Shown piece by piece: positions 29,772 through 39,695 of a stretch of 64,000 nt of DNA. The stretch lies in contig CAYUVA010000004.1 in NCBI GenBank assembly GCA_964448115.1, positions 1-64,000 of the forward strand. The letters are read 5' to 3'. The notes below the pieces were generated by a model that did not search any database, had not been told where the DNA came from, and saw only the letters and a program-made list of their open reading frames with translations. The translations under genes and the position numbers were made by a program. Source of the stretch: an uncultured bacterium (GTDB lineage: Bacteria; CAYUVA01). Position 1 is the first letter of the stretch; every line of letters starts with the position of its first letter.

Positions 29772-31460
29772 TTGTTGATACTCGCTTTTAACTGCTACAT
29801 GAACGACTCGGCAGCAGCCATAATGGTAGATGGCGAGGTCATCGCTGCCATAGAAGAGGAGCGCTTCATCGGCAAGAAGCATACCGGCGCCTTCCCTTCC
29901 AATGCGATTAAGTTTTGTCTTGAGGCTGCCGATTGCACTATAGATGATATAGATGCGGTTGCCTTCAACATGAAGCCGTGGTTGCACTTTCATCGGCGAC
30001 TGGGGCTTATTGCCCGGCATGTTCCGAGATCGCTGCGTTTCGGCGCCAGCCATGGACCAAAGTGGTTCTCCATGATCGCCGTTAAGGAGAAGCTGCGCAG
30101 AGAGTTTCCCACCAAGAGCATAATTCCCGGCTACGAGTTCTACTGGGTTGAGCACCACCAGGCTCATGCTGCAAGCGCATTCTATCCATCCGGTTTCGAG
30201 CGTGCAGCCATAATGACTTGGGACGGAAGCGGCGAGCTAGCCTCATGGCAGATGTCATTGGGCAGCGGGAACAGGATAAGCAAGATAGCTGAGGGGTATT
30301 ATCCCCACTCGCTAGGGTATCTTTACAGCACCATCACCCAATACCTCGGTTTCAGGGTGCACGGTGGCGAGGGCAAGGTCATGGGCTTAGCCTCCTATGG
30401 CGATGATAGCTACTTCAATGATTTCGAGGATCTTGTACGGTTTCAAGGCGATGGCACCTTCAGGCTCGATCTGTCATATTTCGATTTCCAAAGGGGCTTA
30501 TCTCGTTTCTATAGCCAGAAGCTGATCGATCGCTTCGGACCTGCTCGAGAGCCGGAGAGCGAGATCACCCCCCGCCACCAGAATATAGCCTCTGCACTCC
30601 AGCATATCTTCGAGAAGGCAGCTTTTTCATTGCTAGACCGTCTTTATGCAGAAACCAAGACTAAGTATCTGTGTATCAGCGGTGGTGTTGGACTGAATGG
30701 TCTTTTAAACGGCAAGATCCAGGCGCAAACCCCCTTCGAGGAGCTATACATCCAGCCTGGCGCCAACGACGCCGGTTGCTCGCTGGGCGCCCTTTTTTGG
30801 GTGCATTGCATGGAGAAGGGGTTGCTGCATCACCCCTTGAAAAACCATGTTTACCTTGGAGCGAGCTATGATGATAAACGGGTGGAGGCTGCGCTTCGGG
30901 CAAAGGGTCTAAGCTACCAGAGAACCGATGAGGTCTGGGAGCTAGCAGCCAGGATGCTCGCTGATGGCAAGATCGTAGGCTGGTTCCAGGGGAGGATGGA
31001 GTTTGGTCCCCGGGCGCTTGGCAACCGCAGCATCCTAGCTGACCCACGCATCGCCGAGATGAAGGATATCTTAAACTCAAGGGTAAAGCACCGGGAGAGC
31101 TTTCGCCCCTTTGCGCCAGCGGTGCTCGCCCATAAAAGCGGCGAGTATTTCGCATCAGCCTACCCATCTCCCTTCATGCTGCTGATATTCGATGTGCTCC
31201 CAGGGAAGCGATCTGTGATTCCAGCAGTTACCCATGTCGATGGCACCGGCAGGGTGCAGACCGTCTCTTTGGCTGATAATGCGAGGTTCTACAGGTTGAT
31301 ACAAGCCTTCGAGCGCCTGACTGGGGTGCCGGTGGTACTGAATACCTCGTTCAATGTACGCGGGCAGCCGATCGTCAATACGCCGACAGAGGCTATCGAT
31401 TGTTTTTTATCCACTGGCATGGATGCCCTTGTCATCAATGATTTTATTGTCTTGAAGTGA
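29772..31460 (+). CDS. NodU/CmcH-family carbamoyltransferase
   Basis: Motifs EEERF, HHQAHAASAF, EGKVMGLA, EFGPRALGNRSIL, RESFRPFAP and LNTSFN. Confidence 0.95.
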   Translation: MLILAFNCYMNDSAAAIMVDGEVIAAIEEERFIGKKHTGAFPSNAIKFCLEAADCTIDDIDAVAFNMKPWLHFHRRLGLIARHVPRSLRFGASHGPKWFSMIAVKEKLRREFPTKSIIPGYEFYWVEHHQAHAASAFYPSGFERAAIMTWDGSGELASWQMSLGSGNRISKIAEGYYPHSLGYLYSTITQYLGFRVHGGEGKVMGLASYGDDSYFNDFEDLVRFQGDGTFRLDLSYFDFQRGLSRFYSQKLIDRFGPAREPESEITPRHQNIASALQHIFEKAAFSLLDRLYAETKTKYLCISGGVGLNGLLNGKIQAQTPFEELYIQPGANDAGCSLGALFWVHCMEKGLLHHPLKNHVYLGASYDDKRVEAALRAKGLSYQRTDEVWELAARMLADGKIVGWFQGRMEFGPRALGNRSILADPRIAEMKDILNSRVKHRESFRPFAPAVLAHKSGEYFASAYPSPFMLLIFDVLPGKRSVIPAVTHVDGTGRVQTVSLADNARFYRLIQAFERLTGVPVVLNTSFNVRGQPIVNTPTEAIDCFLSTGMDALVINDFIVLK

Positions 31461-31615
31461 AAGCCATCTCAAAAAGAATGGATTTTCTCTCTTTGTGTCT
31501 TTGAGGTTTCTTTTAAGATCTGCCGCGGGTGCCGCAGATTTTTAAACGCGGCACCCCCGGAAAGCCGAGTTATAAGCGATATCATATACTATTATCCATT
31601 TCTATACTTCAATTA

Positions 31616-31833
31616 AATCAATGAGTTATCCCCTCTGCGTGCCATTTTGGCACGATAATTTGGGGGCAAGATTGGGGGCATGAGGATCCTCAGAAGATAT
31701 TTTAAAAAATATTCTTCTTTAATCTCAATGAGTTAATCTAAATAGATCAATTAGCACCCCTCGATTAGGGCTTTTAAACTTGAGTCGATCGACGAAGATT
31801 TCGAGCAAAACCACCTAAAAAATCAAATAGTTA
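31616..31833 (+). promoter_or_regulatory. Cluster of IHF-consensus-type sites
   Basis: AATCAATGAGTTA (31616-31628) and AATCAAATAGTTA (31821-31833) match WATCAANNNNTTR; TCTCAATGAGTTA (31723-31735) has one mismatch. Confidence 0.5.
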
Positions 31834-31840
31834 AGTCACA

Positions 31841-31856
31841 TGTTCCACATGGAACA
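31841..31856. promoter_or_regulatory. parS-like site
   Basis: TGTTCCACATGGAACA, one mismatch from the palindrome TGTTCCACGTGGAACA; intergenic. Confidence 0.6.
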
Positions 31857-32153
31857 TTAATCTATTTTTTGACAAAGCCCCTGTTTGAGCGATCTAGTTT
31901 TGAAAAATGGCAGTGGCACTCGGATCCTCAAATTAGATCCCTATAAATATTGGCTTGAAGGTGTGGTTTATATGCCCTATTCGGACAATTATCTTCATCA
32001 AATGGTAAAATATAAGTAATACGATTAAATAATTGGATCTTTTGAAGAAGGTTTGGGATGTAAGTAAGTGGTTGTGAAACTTTGAATTCGAATGCGTGAA
32101 TGATTAGTATTAGAATAAAGAGCTAAAGAGCAAACACTAAGGACTGTTTACAA

Positions 32154-33980
32154 ATGGCAAAGATACCTTGGCAGCTTATTGATGAACTGCTAAGCAGGGC
32201 TGATATCGTTGAGGTGGCACGAGAGTATCTGGATCTGAAGCGTGATGGTGCGAACTGGAAGGCTCTCTGTCCTTTCCACGATGACAAGGATCCCTCTTTC
32301 AAGGTGTCCTCCATTAAGGGGATCTACAAGTGCTTTGGTTGCAACGCAGGGGGTAATGTAATCAACCTGGTTCAGAGGTTGGAGGGTATAAGTTACTGGG
32401 AGGCAGCCGAGCAACTGTGCGAGAGATACGGTATAAGATACGAACGAAAGGCACTCTCTGCGGAGGAGAAGCGAGTCCTGGAGAAAAAGGACCGCGCCTA
32501 TAAATTGCTTAGAAAGGTCTGCGATATCTACCGTGCCAACCTGTTTGGCGAGGATGATGACGGCAAGAAGATGATGGCGTACATCAAGGGACGCGGTCTC
32601 AGTGAGCATACTATCAAGGACTTCAAGCTCGGAGCGGCGACTACCAGGTGGGATCAGCTAGTAAAGACCTTTGAGAAGAGGCTCAAAGACCTGGATCTGA
32701 TGGAAGAACTTGGGCTTATAACCCGCAAGAAGGATGGTTCCGGTTATGTAGATACCTTCCGAAACAAGGTAGTCTTTCCGATATTAGACCACCGTGAGCG
32801 CATAATAGGCTTCGGCTATCGAAGCATGGACGACAGTGGAGCAAAGTACATCAACACGCGAGAATCCATGGTCTTCAAGAAGGATCGCGAGCTTTACGGG
32901 CTTTGGCTTTCAAGGGATTATATAAGGAAGTCGAACTCGGCGATAGTCATGGAAGGCTACTTCGATGTTTTAGGCGCCTGGGAACACGGGGTACGCAATG
33001 TGGTTGCCACCATGGGCACAGCCTTCTCGGCAAGACATCTTGATATGGTGAAGCGTTTCACGCAGAATATCGTCTTTTGCTTCGATGGCGATGAGGCTGG
33101 GGAGAAGGCTTCTTTATCCGCGGTGCAAAGGTGTCTGCCCAAGAGCTTCAATCTTCAGGTGATGAGATTGCCCGATGGATTAGATCCCGATGACTATCTA
33201 AAGAAGCACGATAAGGATGAATTCCATAAGCTCGCCTTCACATCCCCTTCTGGATTACGATTCGTGATTGAATCGATAGTCTCCAGGCATGATATAAGCA
33301 AAGCAGAGCAAAAGGTGGAGGCGCTCAACAAGATAATCGATTATGTAATACAGGTCAACGATCCGGTGCTAAGAAGCGAATACCAGCGTCTGATCGCGGA
33401 TAGATTACAGCTAAAGCAGGCTGATCTGGTGAGTCGATTAAACCTCGCCTTGCAAAGAAGGCAGTACTTTACCACCCAGGATATTGAAAAACAGTATATA
33501 CCGCATCGAGAGCTAATTACCTGGCTGCTTTACATTATTCACCATAATGCTGAGGCTGCAAAGCAGGTCTATGAGGTACTTGTCCCCGAAGATTTCGAGT
33601 TCGATGAACTGATCACTATAGCTAAGGTTATCTATGACATGATAGAATCTGGGATAGAACTATCGCCCAAGAAACTATATGCAGCATATCAACAGGAGGG
33701 GGTGATGGAGGATTTCCAGGAGCTAGTTGAGAAAAAGTACCGATACTTCAGCGCCTCACAACAGGATCATATTCTCCATACCACGGGCTGCGTGCAGGCG
33801 ATCCAGCGCAAGCTGCTCGGTAATGAGCTTGAAAATAAGAAAAAGCAGCTTTTGGAAGCATTACGCAATAATGCTGTCGAGGATGCCTCAAAGATTAGCG
33901 AAAGTATTCAAGAGCTAGCAGAGCGCCTAGAGGAACTTTTCTGTGATCCCTGCGACAAGGTGGAAAAGAACATCCACTGA
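32154..33980 (+). CDS. dnaG: DNA primase
   Basis: Zinc finger CPFHDDKDPSF...CFGC, KYINT, and TOPRIM motifs EGYFDV and FDGDEAG. Confidence 0.97.
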   Translation: MAKIPWQLIDELLSRADIVEVAREYLDLKRDGANWKALCPFHDDKDPSFKVSSIKGIYKCFGCNAGGNVINLVQRLEGISYWEAAEQLCERYGIRYERKALSAEEKRVLEKKDRAYKLLRKVCDIYRANLFGEDDDGKKMMAYIKGRGLSEHTIKDFKLGAATTRWDQLVKTFEKRLKDLDLMEELGLITRKKDGSGYVDTFRNKVVFPILDHRERIIGFGYRSMDDSGAKYINTRESMVFKKDRELYGLWLSRDYIRKSNSAIVMEGYFDVLGAWEHGVRNVVATMGTAFSARHLDMVKRFTQNIVFCFDGDEAGEKASLSAVQRCLPKSFNLQVMRLPDGLDPDDYLKKHDKDEFHKLAFTSPSGLRFVIESIVSRHDISKAEQKVEALNKIIDYVIQVNDPVLRSEYQRLIADRLQLKQADLVSRLNLALQRRQYFTTQDIEKQYIPHRELITWLLYIIHHNAEAAKQVYEVLVPEDFEFDELITIAKVIYDMIESGIELSPKKLYAAYQQEGVMEDFQELVEKKYRYFSASQQDHILHTTGCVQAIQRKLLGNELENKKKQLLEALRNNAVEDASKISESIQELAERLEELFCDPCDKVEKNIH

Positions 33981-34043
33981 TCCCCTAGCGCTTAAACAGT
34001 GTATTTGCTTTACAAAATTGGGTGAAGATGATACTAGCTTTTC

Positions 34044-35186
34044 TTGTCGATGCCTGACAATAATTCCGACCTTATCTGGAAAAAGGAGCTGGAAGTGAAA
34101 AAGATAAACATAAACCTATCTGCAAAGAAATACTCGATACTCGTGGAAAGAAATGGGCTTGAAAAGCTCGACCAGTATATCGAAGAGATACAATTTCCAA
34201 AGAAGTTTGCCATCATTACCACGGTCAATGTCGCCGACCTGTTTTTGAAAAAGATCACCGATAAACTAAAACCTCGAGGATATGAAATCCTGGTAATTAT
34301 GCATCCCGAAGGGGAGAAGAACAAGACCCTTATGGCGGCGGCTAAGGTCTGCGAGCGCTTGCTCGAGCATGGCTTCGACAGGTTCTGCGGGTTGATTAAC
34401 CTCGGTGGCGGTATGACAAGCGACATTGGCGGATTCGCTGCCGGACTCTATATGCGCGGGATAAGGTATATCAATGTCCCGACCACTTTACTGGCTCAGA
34501 CCGACAGCGCAATCGGCGGCAAGACTGGGGTCAATCTCAGGGATGCAAAGAACCTTCTCGGCGTTTTTTACCATCCGGACATGGTGCTTTGTGACCCAGA
34601 CATACTGGTATCGCTATCTGACATAGAGTTCATAAGCGGAATGGCTGAAGTGATAAAGTATGCGATCTTAGGGGACTCACACCTGTTCGATTATCTCGAT
34701 AATAATAAAGAGCAGATCCTGCAAAAAGATCCCAAGCATCTAAGATATATAGTCGAGCGATGTGCCAGGATAAAGGCGGAGCTGGTCAGCGAAGATGAGT
34801 ATGACTTCGGTAAGCGAAGGCTGCTCAACCTGGGACATACCTTCGGTCATGCAGTAGAGGCGCTGACAAGTTACGATCGCTTTCGCCACGGACACGCGGT
34901 AGCTATCGGGATCTCCATCGCCTCGAACATCGCAAATAAGCTAGGAATACTTAAAAAGGAGGACTACAAAAAGATAGAGGACCTCCTAGATAGCTATAGG
35001 CTACCCACGGCAACCCAAAATATCGACCCCGAAGCTGCATTTGAGCAGCTTATCAAGGACAAGAAGGTAAAACTGGGGAGGTTACATCTAGTATTGCCCA
35101 CCGCCATCGGAGAAGCAGTGGTAAAGGACGATGTGCCTGCCGATACCATCAAGTCAGCGATTAGCGAAACCTTCATCGTGCTTTAA
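34044..35186 (+). CDS. aroB: 3-dehydroquinate synthase
   Basis: Motifs GEKNK, LGGG, PTTLLAQTDSAIGGKTGVN, EVIKY and LNLGHTFGHA. The start could be 34050 or 34095. Confidence 0.96.
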   Translation: MSMPDNNSDLIWKKELEVKKININLSAKKYSILVERNGLEKLDQYIEEIQFPKKFAIITTVNVADLFLKKITDKLKPRGYEILVIMHPEGEKNKTLMAAAKVCERLLEHGFDRFCGLINLGGGMTSDIGGFAAGLYMRGIRYINVPTTLLAQTDSAIGGKTGVNLRDAKNLLGVFYHPDMVLCDPDILVSLSDIEFISGMAEVIKYAILGDSHLFDYLDNNKEQILQKDPKHLRYIVERCARIKAELVSEDEYDFGKRRLLNLGHTFGHAVEALTSYDRFRHGHAVAIGISIASNIANKLGILKKEDYKKIEDLLDSYRLPTATQNIDPEAAFEQLIKDKKVKLGRLHLVLPTAIGEAVVKDDVPADTIKSAISETFIVL

Positions 35187-35526
35187 TACCGTTATACCGT
35201 GGTAGAGCGATAAATGAAGGGGCACGAGCGGCGAGTGTAGGCGAATCGTGGAGGAGCTCATGGAGGGAACTCTATTGCCAATATTATTAGATTCCTTCCC
35301 TACCTTGGCGCAACTCGCCAGAGCTTTGCTCGATCGCAATGACAAACAGGGTTAATTTCTGGGATTTTGAGACAAATACCTATGGGAAGGAGTGGGGAAG
35401 AAGGCTTCAATGTAATATGAGTCATGGCTTTTAGCCCTGCATGGCAAGTGAGAGACTCCTCGTCTATCAAAGATCTTCATTTGCTGTGTGCGCTTGTGTA
35501 TAATAGAAAACTATAGACTGCTTATC

Positions 35527-36891
35527 ATGCAAGACAAGGTAACAAGGCTGCTGCGCTGGGCAAAGGGAGAGACAGCGTCCCCCTACAAGATCGACCTGGA
35601 GCCGACCCACGGCTGCAACCTGCGCTGCGTCTTCTGCTGGACAAGGGACGAGCAGCGCCTTGGCTACGCAGCCTATCGAAGACCGCTTTCAAGGGAACGG
35701 CTTCTGACATTAATAGATGAGGCTGCCGAGATGGGAGTAGCTGAATGGCAGGTCGCCGGCGGCTGGGAGCCGATGATTAAGCCGGCACTCGGACTGGAGA
35801 TTATGGAGAGGATCAAGGCGCACGGCATGTACGGCAGCCTGACCACCAACGGAACCCTATTCAACGAGCAGATCATCAAGCGCATGGTCGAGATAGGCTG
35901 GGATCAGGTGCTCTACAGCGTGGAGGGGGCTACATCAGAGACACATGACAAGCTGGTGGGTAAACAGGGCGCTTTTGGCAAGATCCTCGACAGCCTGGCG
36001 CTTTTTCAGAAATATATGCGCCTGGCTGATACCAAAAAGCCAGTGATCAGCTTCCATACCGTGATCACCGAGTACAACTGGCTTGAGATCGCTGATATGT
36101 TCGATGTCGCAGCCCGCTTTGGGATAGTCGGCGTGGATGTGGAGCCAGTTACTATCTGGAATCAGGAACTTTCACATTACCGCATGAGCAGCCAGAGCAA
36201 GGAGGCTTTCCTGGCAAGCATCCCTGATATACTGAAAAAGGCGAGGCGGCTCAAGGTGGCCACAAACCTGCAAAAAATGCTGGATCGCAACCTGATCGAT
36301 AAGAGCAAGCTGGACAAGACCATCGCTAGCGACCGTCTATCATGCCAGGCTGCGGACAATCCGCTGCTGAGCGTCCCCTGCTACGAGCCGTGGCTTAATA
36401 TGGAGGTCAGGGCAAGCGGGCATGTGGTGCCCTGTCGGCTTAACGATGATGATGACTATGTTCATATAGAAGACTACTCCCTTAAGGAGATATGGCTAGG
36501 TGATTTTTTCGAGGATATTCGCGGATTGATGCTGCGCGGTCAGCTTCCGGGATATTGCAAGACCTGTGCTGCCGGAAAGTTGGTGCAGAATCGACTGCTG
36601 CGCCAGAGGCTGCGCGATGCCTACAATAGCCTTCCGCTATCCGAAACGAGTAAAGCAGTGGTCCAGGTGCCCGTGATCTCCGAGCCAGAGCGCCAGAGTA
36701 GGGAATTCGAGCGCCTGAAGCGTCGATTGAACGCACTGGACGAGCAGGCGGAGTTCCTGGAGAATGAGCTGCTTGAGGTGCAGAACCAGCTTCTGAGCCT
36801 AGAAGGCTACAAAAAGGATTACAAGCGTATAAATTCCAATATCTTTTACAAGTTATATATAAAAATAAATAATTTAATTACTAAATTCTAA
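35527..36891 (+). CDS. Radical SAM protein with a SPASM/Twitch-like region and a C-terminal coiled coil
   Basis: CNLRCVFC, GGWEP and TNG motifs; CYEPW...VPC...CKTC; heptad-rich tail. ATG at 35527 (the ORF track starts at 35488). Confidence 0.9.
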   Translation: MQDKVTRLLRWAKGETASPYKIDLEPTHGCNLRCVFCWTRDEQRLGYAAYRRPLSRERLLTLIDEAAEMGVAEWQVAGGWEPMIKPALGLEIMERIKAHGMYGSLTTNGTLFNEQIIKRMVEIGWDQVLYSVEGATSETHDKLVGKQGAFGKILDSLALFQKYMRLADTKKPVISFHTVITEYNWLEIADMFDVAARFGIVGVDVEPVTIWNQELSHYRMSSQSKEAFLASIPDILKKARRLKVATNLQKMLDRNLIDKSKLDKTIASDRLSCQAADNPLLSVPCYEPWLNMEVRASGHVVPCRLNDDDDYVHIEDYSLKEIWLGDFFEDIRGLMLRGQLPGYCKTCAAGKLVQNRLLRQRLRDAYNSLPLSETSKAVVQVPVISEPERQSREFERLKRRLNALDEQAEFLENELLEVQNQLLSLEGYKKDYKRINSNIFYKLYIKINNLITKF

Positions 36892-37167
36892 GCTATCTCT
36901 GTATGACGGTTGATACTATCGGAAATCTTCTGAAAAAATGGTTCAGGTATTAAGATTGTACTAATGGATTATCGTTATCCTGATCAGCAAGATAAAATCT
37001 TGTAACCAGGAAAGGAAGATCTGCAAGTCAAGAAGTATGAACCTAGGGCAGTAGTTGTGCATATAAGCGAGGAATGGTAAACCAGCAGGCGTTACTAGGA
37101 TATGGAGTTACCAGGTGATAATCCCGACCTTTTGATTTTCAAGTCCTCGTTAAAGGACGGTTGTCTT

Positions 37168-37205
37168 TGCCACCCCCAGAATTAACTCAATGGGTGGCAT
37201 TTTTT
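37168..37205 (+). terminator. Probable intrinsic terminator between convergent genes
   Basis: TGCCACCC-16 nt-GGGTGGCA followed by a T tract. Confidence 0.5.
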
Positions 37206-37249
37206 ATAAATGGACTAGGCTAATTGACTATCAATTTATCGAGCCACAA

Positions 37250-38272
37250 CTATCTCCTCTTCGACGCTATTCTCCTTGCCAGGTCTTGCATGTCAGCAAC
37301 CTCGTCCCTCTCATCAACTATCTCTTGACCCAAAAGCGTCTCCAACATATCCTCAAGCGACACGATCCCCTCTATACCGCCGAATTCATCTACTACTATA
37401 GCGATGTGCTGGTCCTGCTTGAGCATCTGCTCGATTGCAGTAGCCACGGTAGTTAACTCAGGGAAATAGATAATCGGCTTTTTAAGCACAGCCAACTTAA
37501 CATCTCCTTTGCCCGAGGCGAGTGCTTCATACAGGTCTGCTCTCAGAACATAGCCCTTTATATCCTCTGTTGACTCCCCATAGATAGGGATCCTCGAAAA
37601 AGGTATCGGTTGGTATGTCTCAACCATTTCTTTCACGGTCATATCTTGAGGCAGCGAAAATAGCACGGTTCGTGGAGTACGAATCTGCTTGAGGGTGATC
37701 TTGCCGAGAGCGAGAACATTCGACACTATTCGATGTTCCCTTGCCCTTAAAGTCCCACCCTTCCATCCAAGCCTTATTGTTGCAAGCACCTCAGCCCTGG
37801 TAATGAGATCTTTATGCCGCTGGTATCCGATTAGATGGTTGATCTTCTCCAGCAGGATGATTAGCGGAAAGCAGATAAAAATCATTATCCTGGTTGCATA
37901 AGCTGTGATACTAGCCAGCGAAGCAGCGTGGACAGCACCGAGTGTCTTGGGGATAATCTCGCTAACCACCAGGATGGCAAGTGTCATTATTGCACTAGCT
38001 ATACCAACCGCAGCGTTGCCGAATATGACCGCCGCCTGTGCGCCGACCCCGGTAGCTCCCACCGTATGAGCAACTGTGTTTATAGTCAGGATCGCTGCCA
38101 GGGGACGGTCTATATTCTCCTTCATCTGCTTTAGGAGCTTACCTGTCTTGGAGCCTTGCTCGATCATCACCTCCATCTTGCTGCGAGGAAGGCTCAACAG
38201 ACTCGCCTCCAGCAATGAGCAAAGAAATGAGATCGATATGGCGAGGACAGCGAATATTAAAAGAAGCGTCAT
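37250..38272 (-). CDS. CNNM/CorB-type (DUF21 + CBS) metal transport protein
   Basis: Motifs SFLCSLLEASLLS, SEIIPK, FSRIP and VVDEFGG. Confidence 0.92.
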   Translation of the reverse strand: MTLLLIFAVLAISISFLCSLLEASLLSLPRSKMEVMIEQGSKTGKLLKQMKENIDRPLAAILTINTVAHTVGATGVGAQAAVIFGNAAVGIASAIMTLAILVVSEIIPKTLGAVHAASLASITAYATRIMIFICFPLIILLEKINHLIGYQRHKDLITRAEVLATIRLGWKGGTLRAREHRIVSNVLALGKITLKQIRTPRTVLFSLPQDMTVKEMVETYQPIPFSRIPIYGESTEDIKGYVLRADLYEALASGKGDVKLAVLKKPIIYFPELTTVATAIEQMLKQDQHIAIVVDEFGGIEGIVSLEDMLETLLGQEIVDERDEVADMQDLARRIASKRR

Positions 38273-38399
38273 TTCTCGTATTCTATCTTATTTCAATAGG
38301 ATCCATTTTATACCGAAAGCCCGCGCATTTAAAATAGCAATCAGATACCGATCCCTCAAGCAGAGCATATAGAAAATTTTATCCTTATCTATTGCACAA

Positions 38400-38472
38400 T
38401 AGATTACTTCCCTAGAAAGATAACCCCATTTCGTGCATGATAATCTTCGTGCCTTCTGACCTTTTCGGGATC
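38400..38472 (-). repeat. 55-bp dispersed repeat, copy 2 (core 38400-38454)
   Basis: Reverse complement is 47/55 identical to 61898-61952; similarity extends to GATCCCGA. Confidence 0.88.
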
Positions 38473-38735
38473 ATCCCGAGTAGCCCACCGGCTTGCACCA
38501 GGTTCATGAGTAAATGACATACTATATCCCTTATCGCTGCTTCAATGACCGTATTTATTGCGAGACGGGGGCGGGAACCCTGGAGAGACGCACAAGAAAA
38601 CGGCTTCGAACCGGATCGATTCTTCAGTGCTGCCCTAACCCAAATTCGCTTGCAAACCAGGCGACATTTATATATACTCGTACTGCAAAATGTAAGTAAC
38701 TTTGGGACCCTAAATCTTGCAGGAGGAACGAGACT

Positions 38736-39593
38736 ATGGCTACCAAGAAGATTCTGGTAATCGGTGCTGGTTTAATGGGACGGGGAATCACCCAGGTTTG
38801 TGCACAATCAGGATACAAAACTGTAATGTCCGATATCGACCAGGCACAGATAGACGATGCTATGGGACTTATAAACAAGCTGCTCTCCAAGAATGTAGCA
38901 AAGGAAAAGATGACCCAGCAGCAGGCAGATGAGACCCTGGCAAATATTACCACCTCGAATAACCTGGAGTTCGCCAAGGAAGCAGATTTCATTATCGAGG
39001 CAGTATCGGAAAACAAGGAGCTTAAGAAGAAGATCTTCCAACAACTCGATGAGATGGCGCGCCCGGATGTTATTCTAGGCACGAATACAAGCTCGATCCC
39101 AATAACCGAGATAGCCTCGGTTACCAAGCGCCCAGACAAGGTTATAGGCGTGCACTTCATGAATCCGGTGCCGGTGATGAAGCTGGTCGAGATCGTAATG
39201 GGTTTACAGACCTCGCAGGATACCTTGAATACAACCAAAGAACTTGCCACGAGCCTGGGCAAGGAATTCGTGGTTGCCCAGAGAGACTTTGCCGGCTTTA
39301 TCGTAAACCGGATCTGTGTTCCACTAATTAATGAGGCAGCATGGCTATTGCACGACGGCATGGGAACGGTAGAGGATATTGATAAGGCTATCAAGCTAGG
39401 CTTAAATCATCCCATGGGTCCGTTAACCCTTGGAGATTTCGTAGGTCTGGATACCACGCTCTATATCCTGGAGATCATGTACGAGTGCTATAAGGATGCT
39501 CGATATCGTCCATGTCCATTGCTTAGACAACTAGTTCAGGCAGGACACTACGGCAGAAAGAGCGGCAGAGGGTTCTACGACTACTCTTCATAG
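38736..39593 (+). CDS. hbd: 3-hydroxybutyryl-CoA dehydrogenase
   Basis: Motifs GAGLMGRG, IEAVSE, NTSSI, HFMNP, GFIVNR and HPMGP; AGGAGG RBS. Confidence 0.93.
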   Translation: MATKKILVIGAGLMGRGITQVCAQSGYKTVMSDIDQAQIDDAMGLINKLLSKNVAKEKMTQQQADETLANITTSNNLEFAKEADFIIEAVSENKELKKKIFQQLDEMARPDVILGTNTSSIPITEIASVTKRPDKVIGVHFMNPVPVMKLVEIVMGLQTSQDTLNTTKELATSLGKEFVVAQRDFAGFIVNRICVPLINEAAWLLHDGMGTVEDIDKAIKLGLNHPMGPLTLGDFVGLDTTLYILEIMYECYKDARYRPCPLLRQLVQAGHYGRKSGRGFYDYSS

Positions 39594-39695
39594 GGAGAAG
39601 CTTTTTACAAAGATGGCTGAAGGCTATTAGGAGCGGGCATTGAACCGTCTCCTTGTGGACAAGAGGAGAATAACAAGTATCAGCTTATTTAACCA

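Noticed and set aside
31648-31664. Sigma-54 promoter at TGGCACG
   Set aside because: The -24 element matches, but the -12 TTGC is absent at the required spacing.
31461-32153. oriC
   Set aside because: No exact TTATCCACA boxes or box cluster were found by eye, and dnaA and dnaN are not adjacent.
35288-35302. TAGATTCCTTCCCTA as a fourth copy of the 55-bp element end
   Set aside because: It matches 14 of 15 terminal bases, but similarity stops there; too short to support.
38624-39394. 256-aa antisense ORF, and the many other shadow ORFs in the track
   Set aside because: They lie opposite or out of frame to well-supported genes (here hbd) and have no recognisable motifs.
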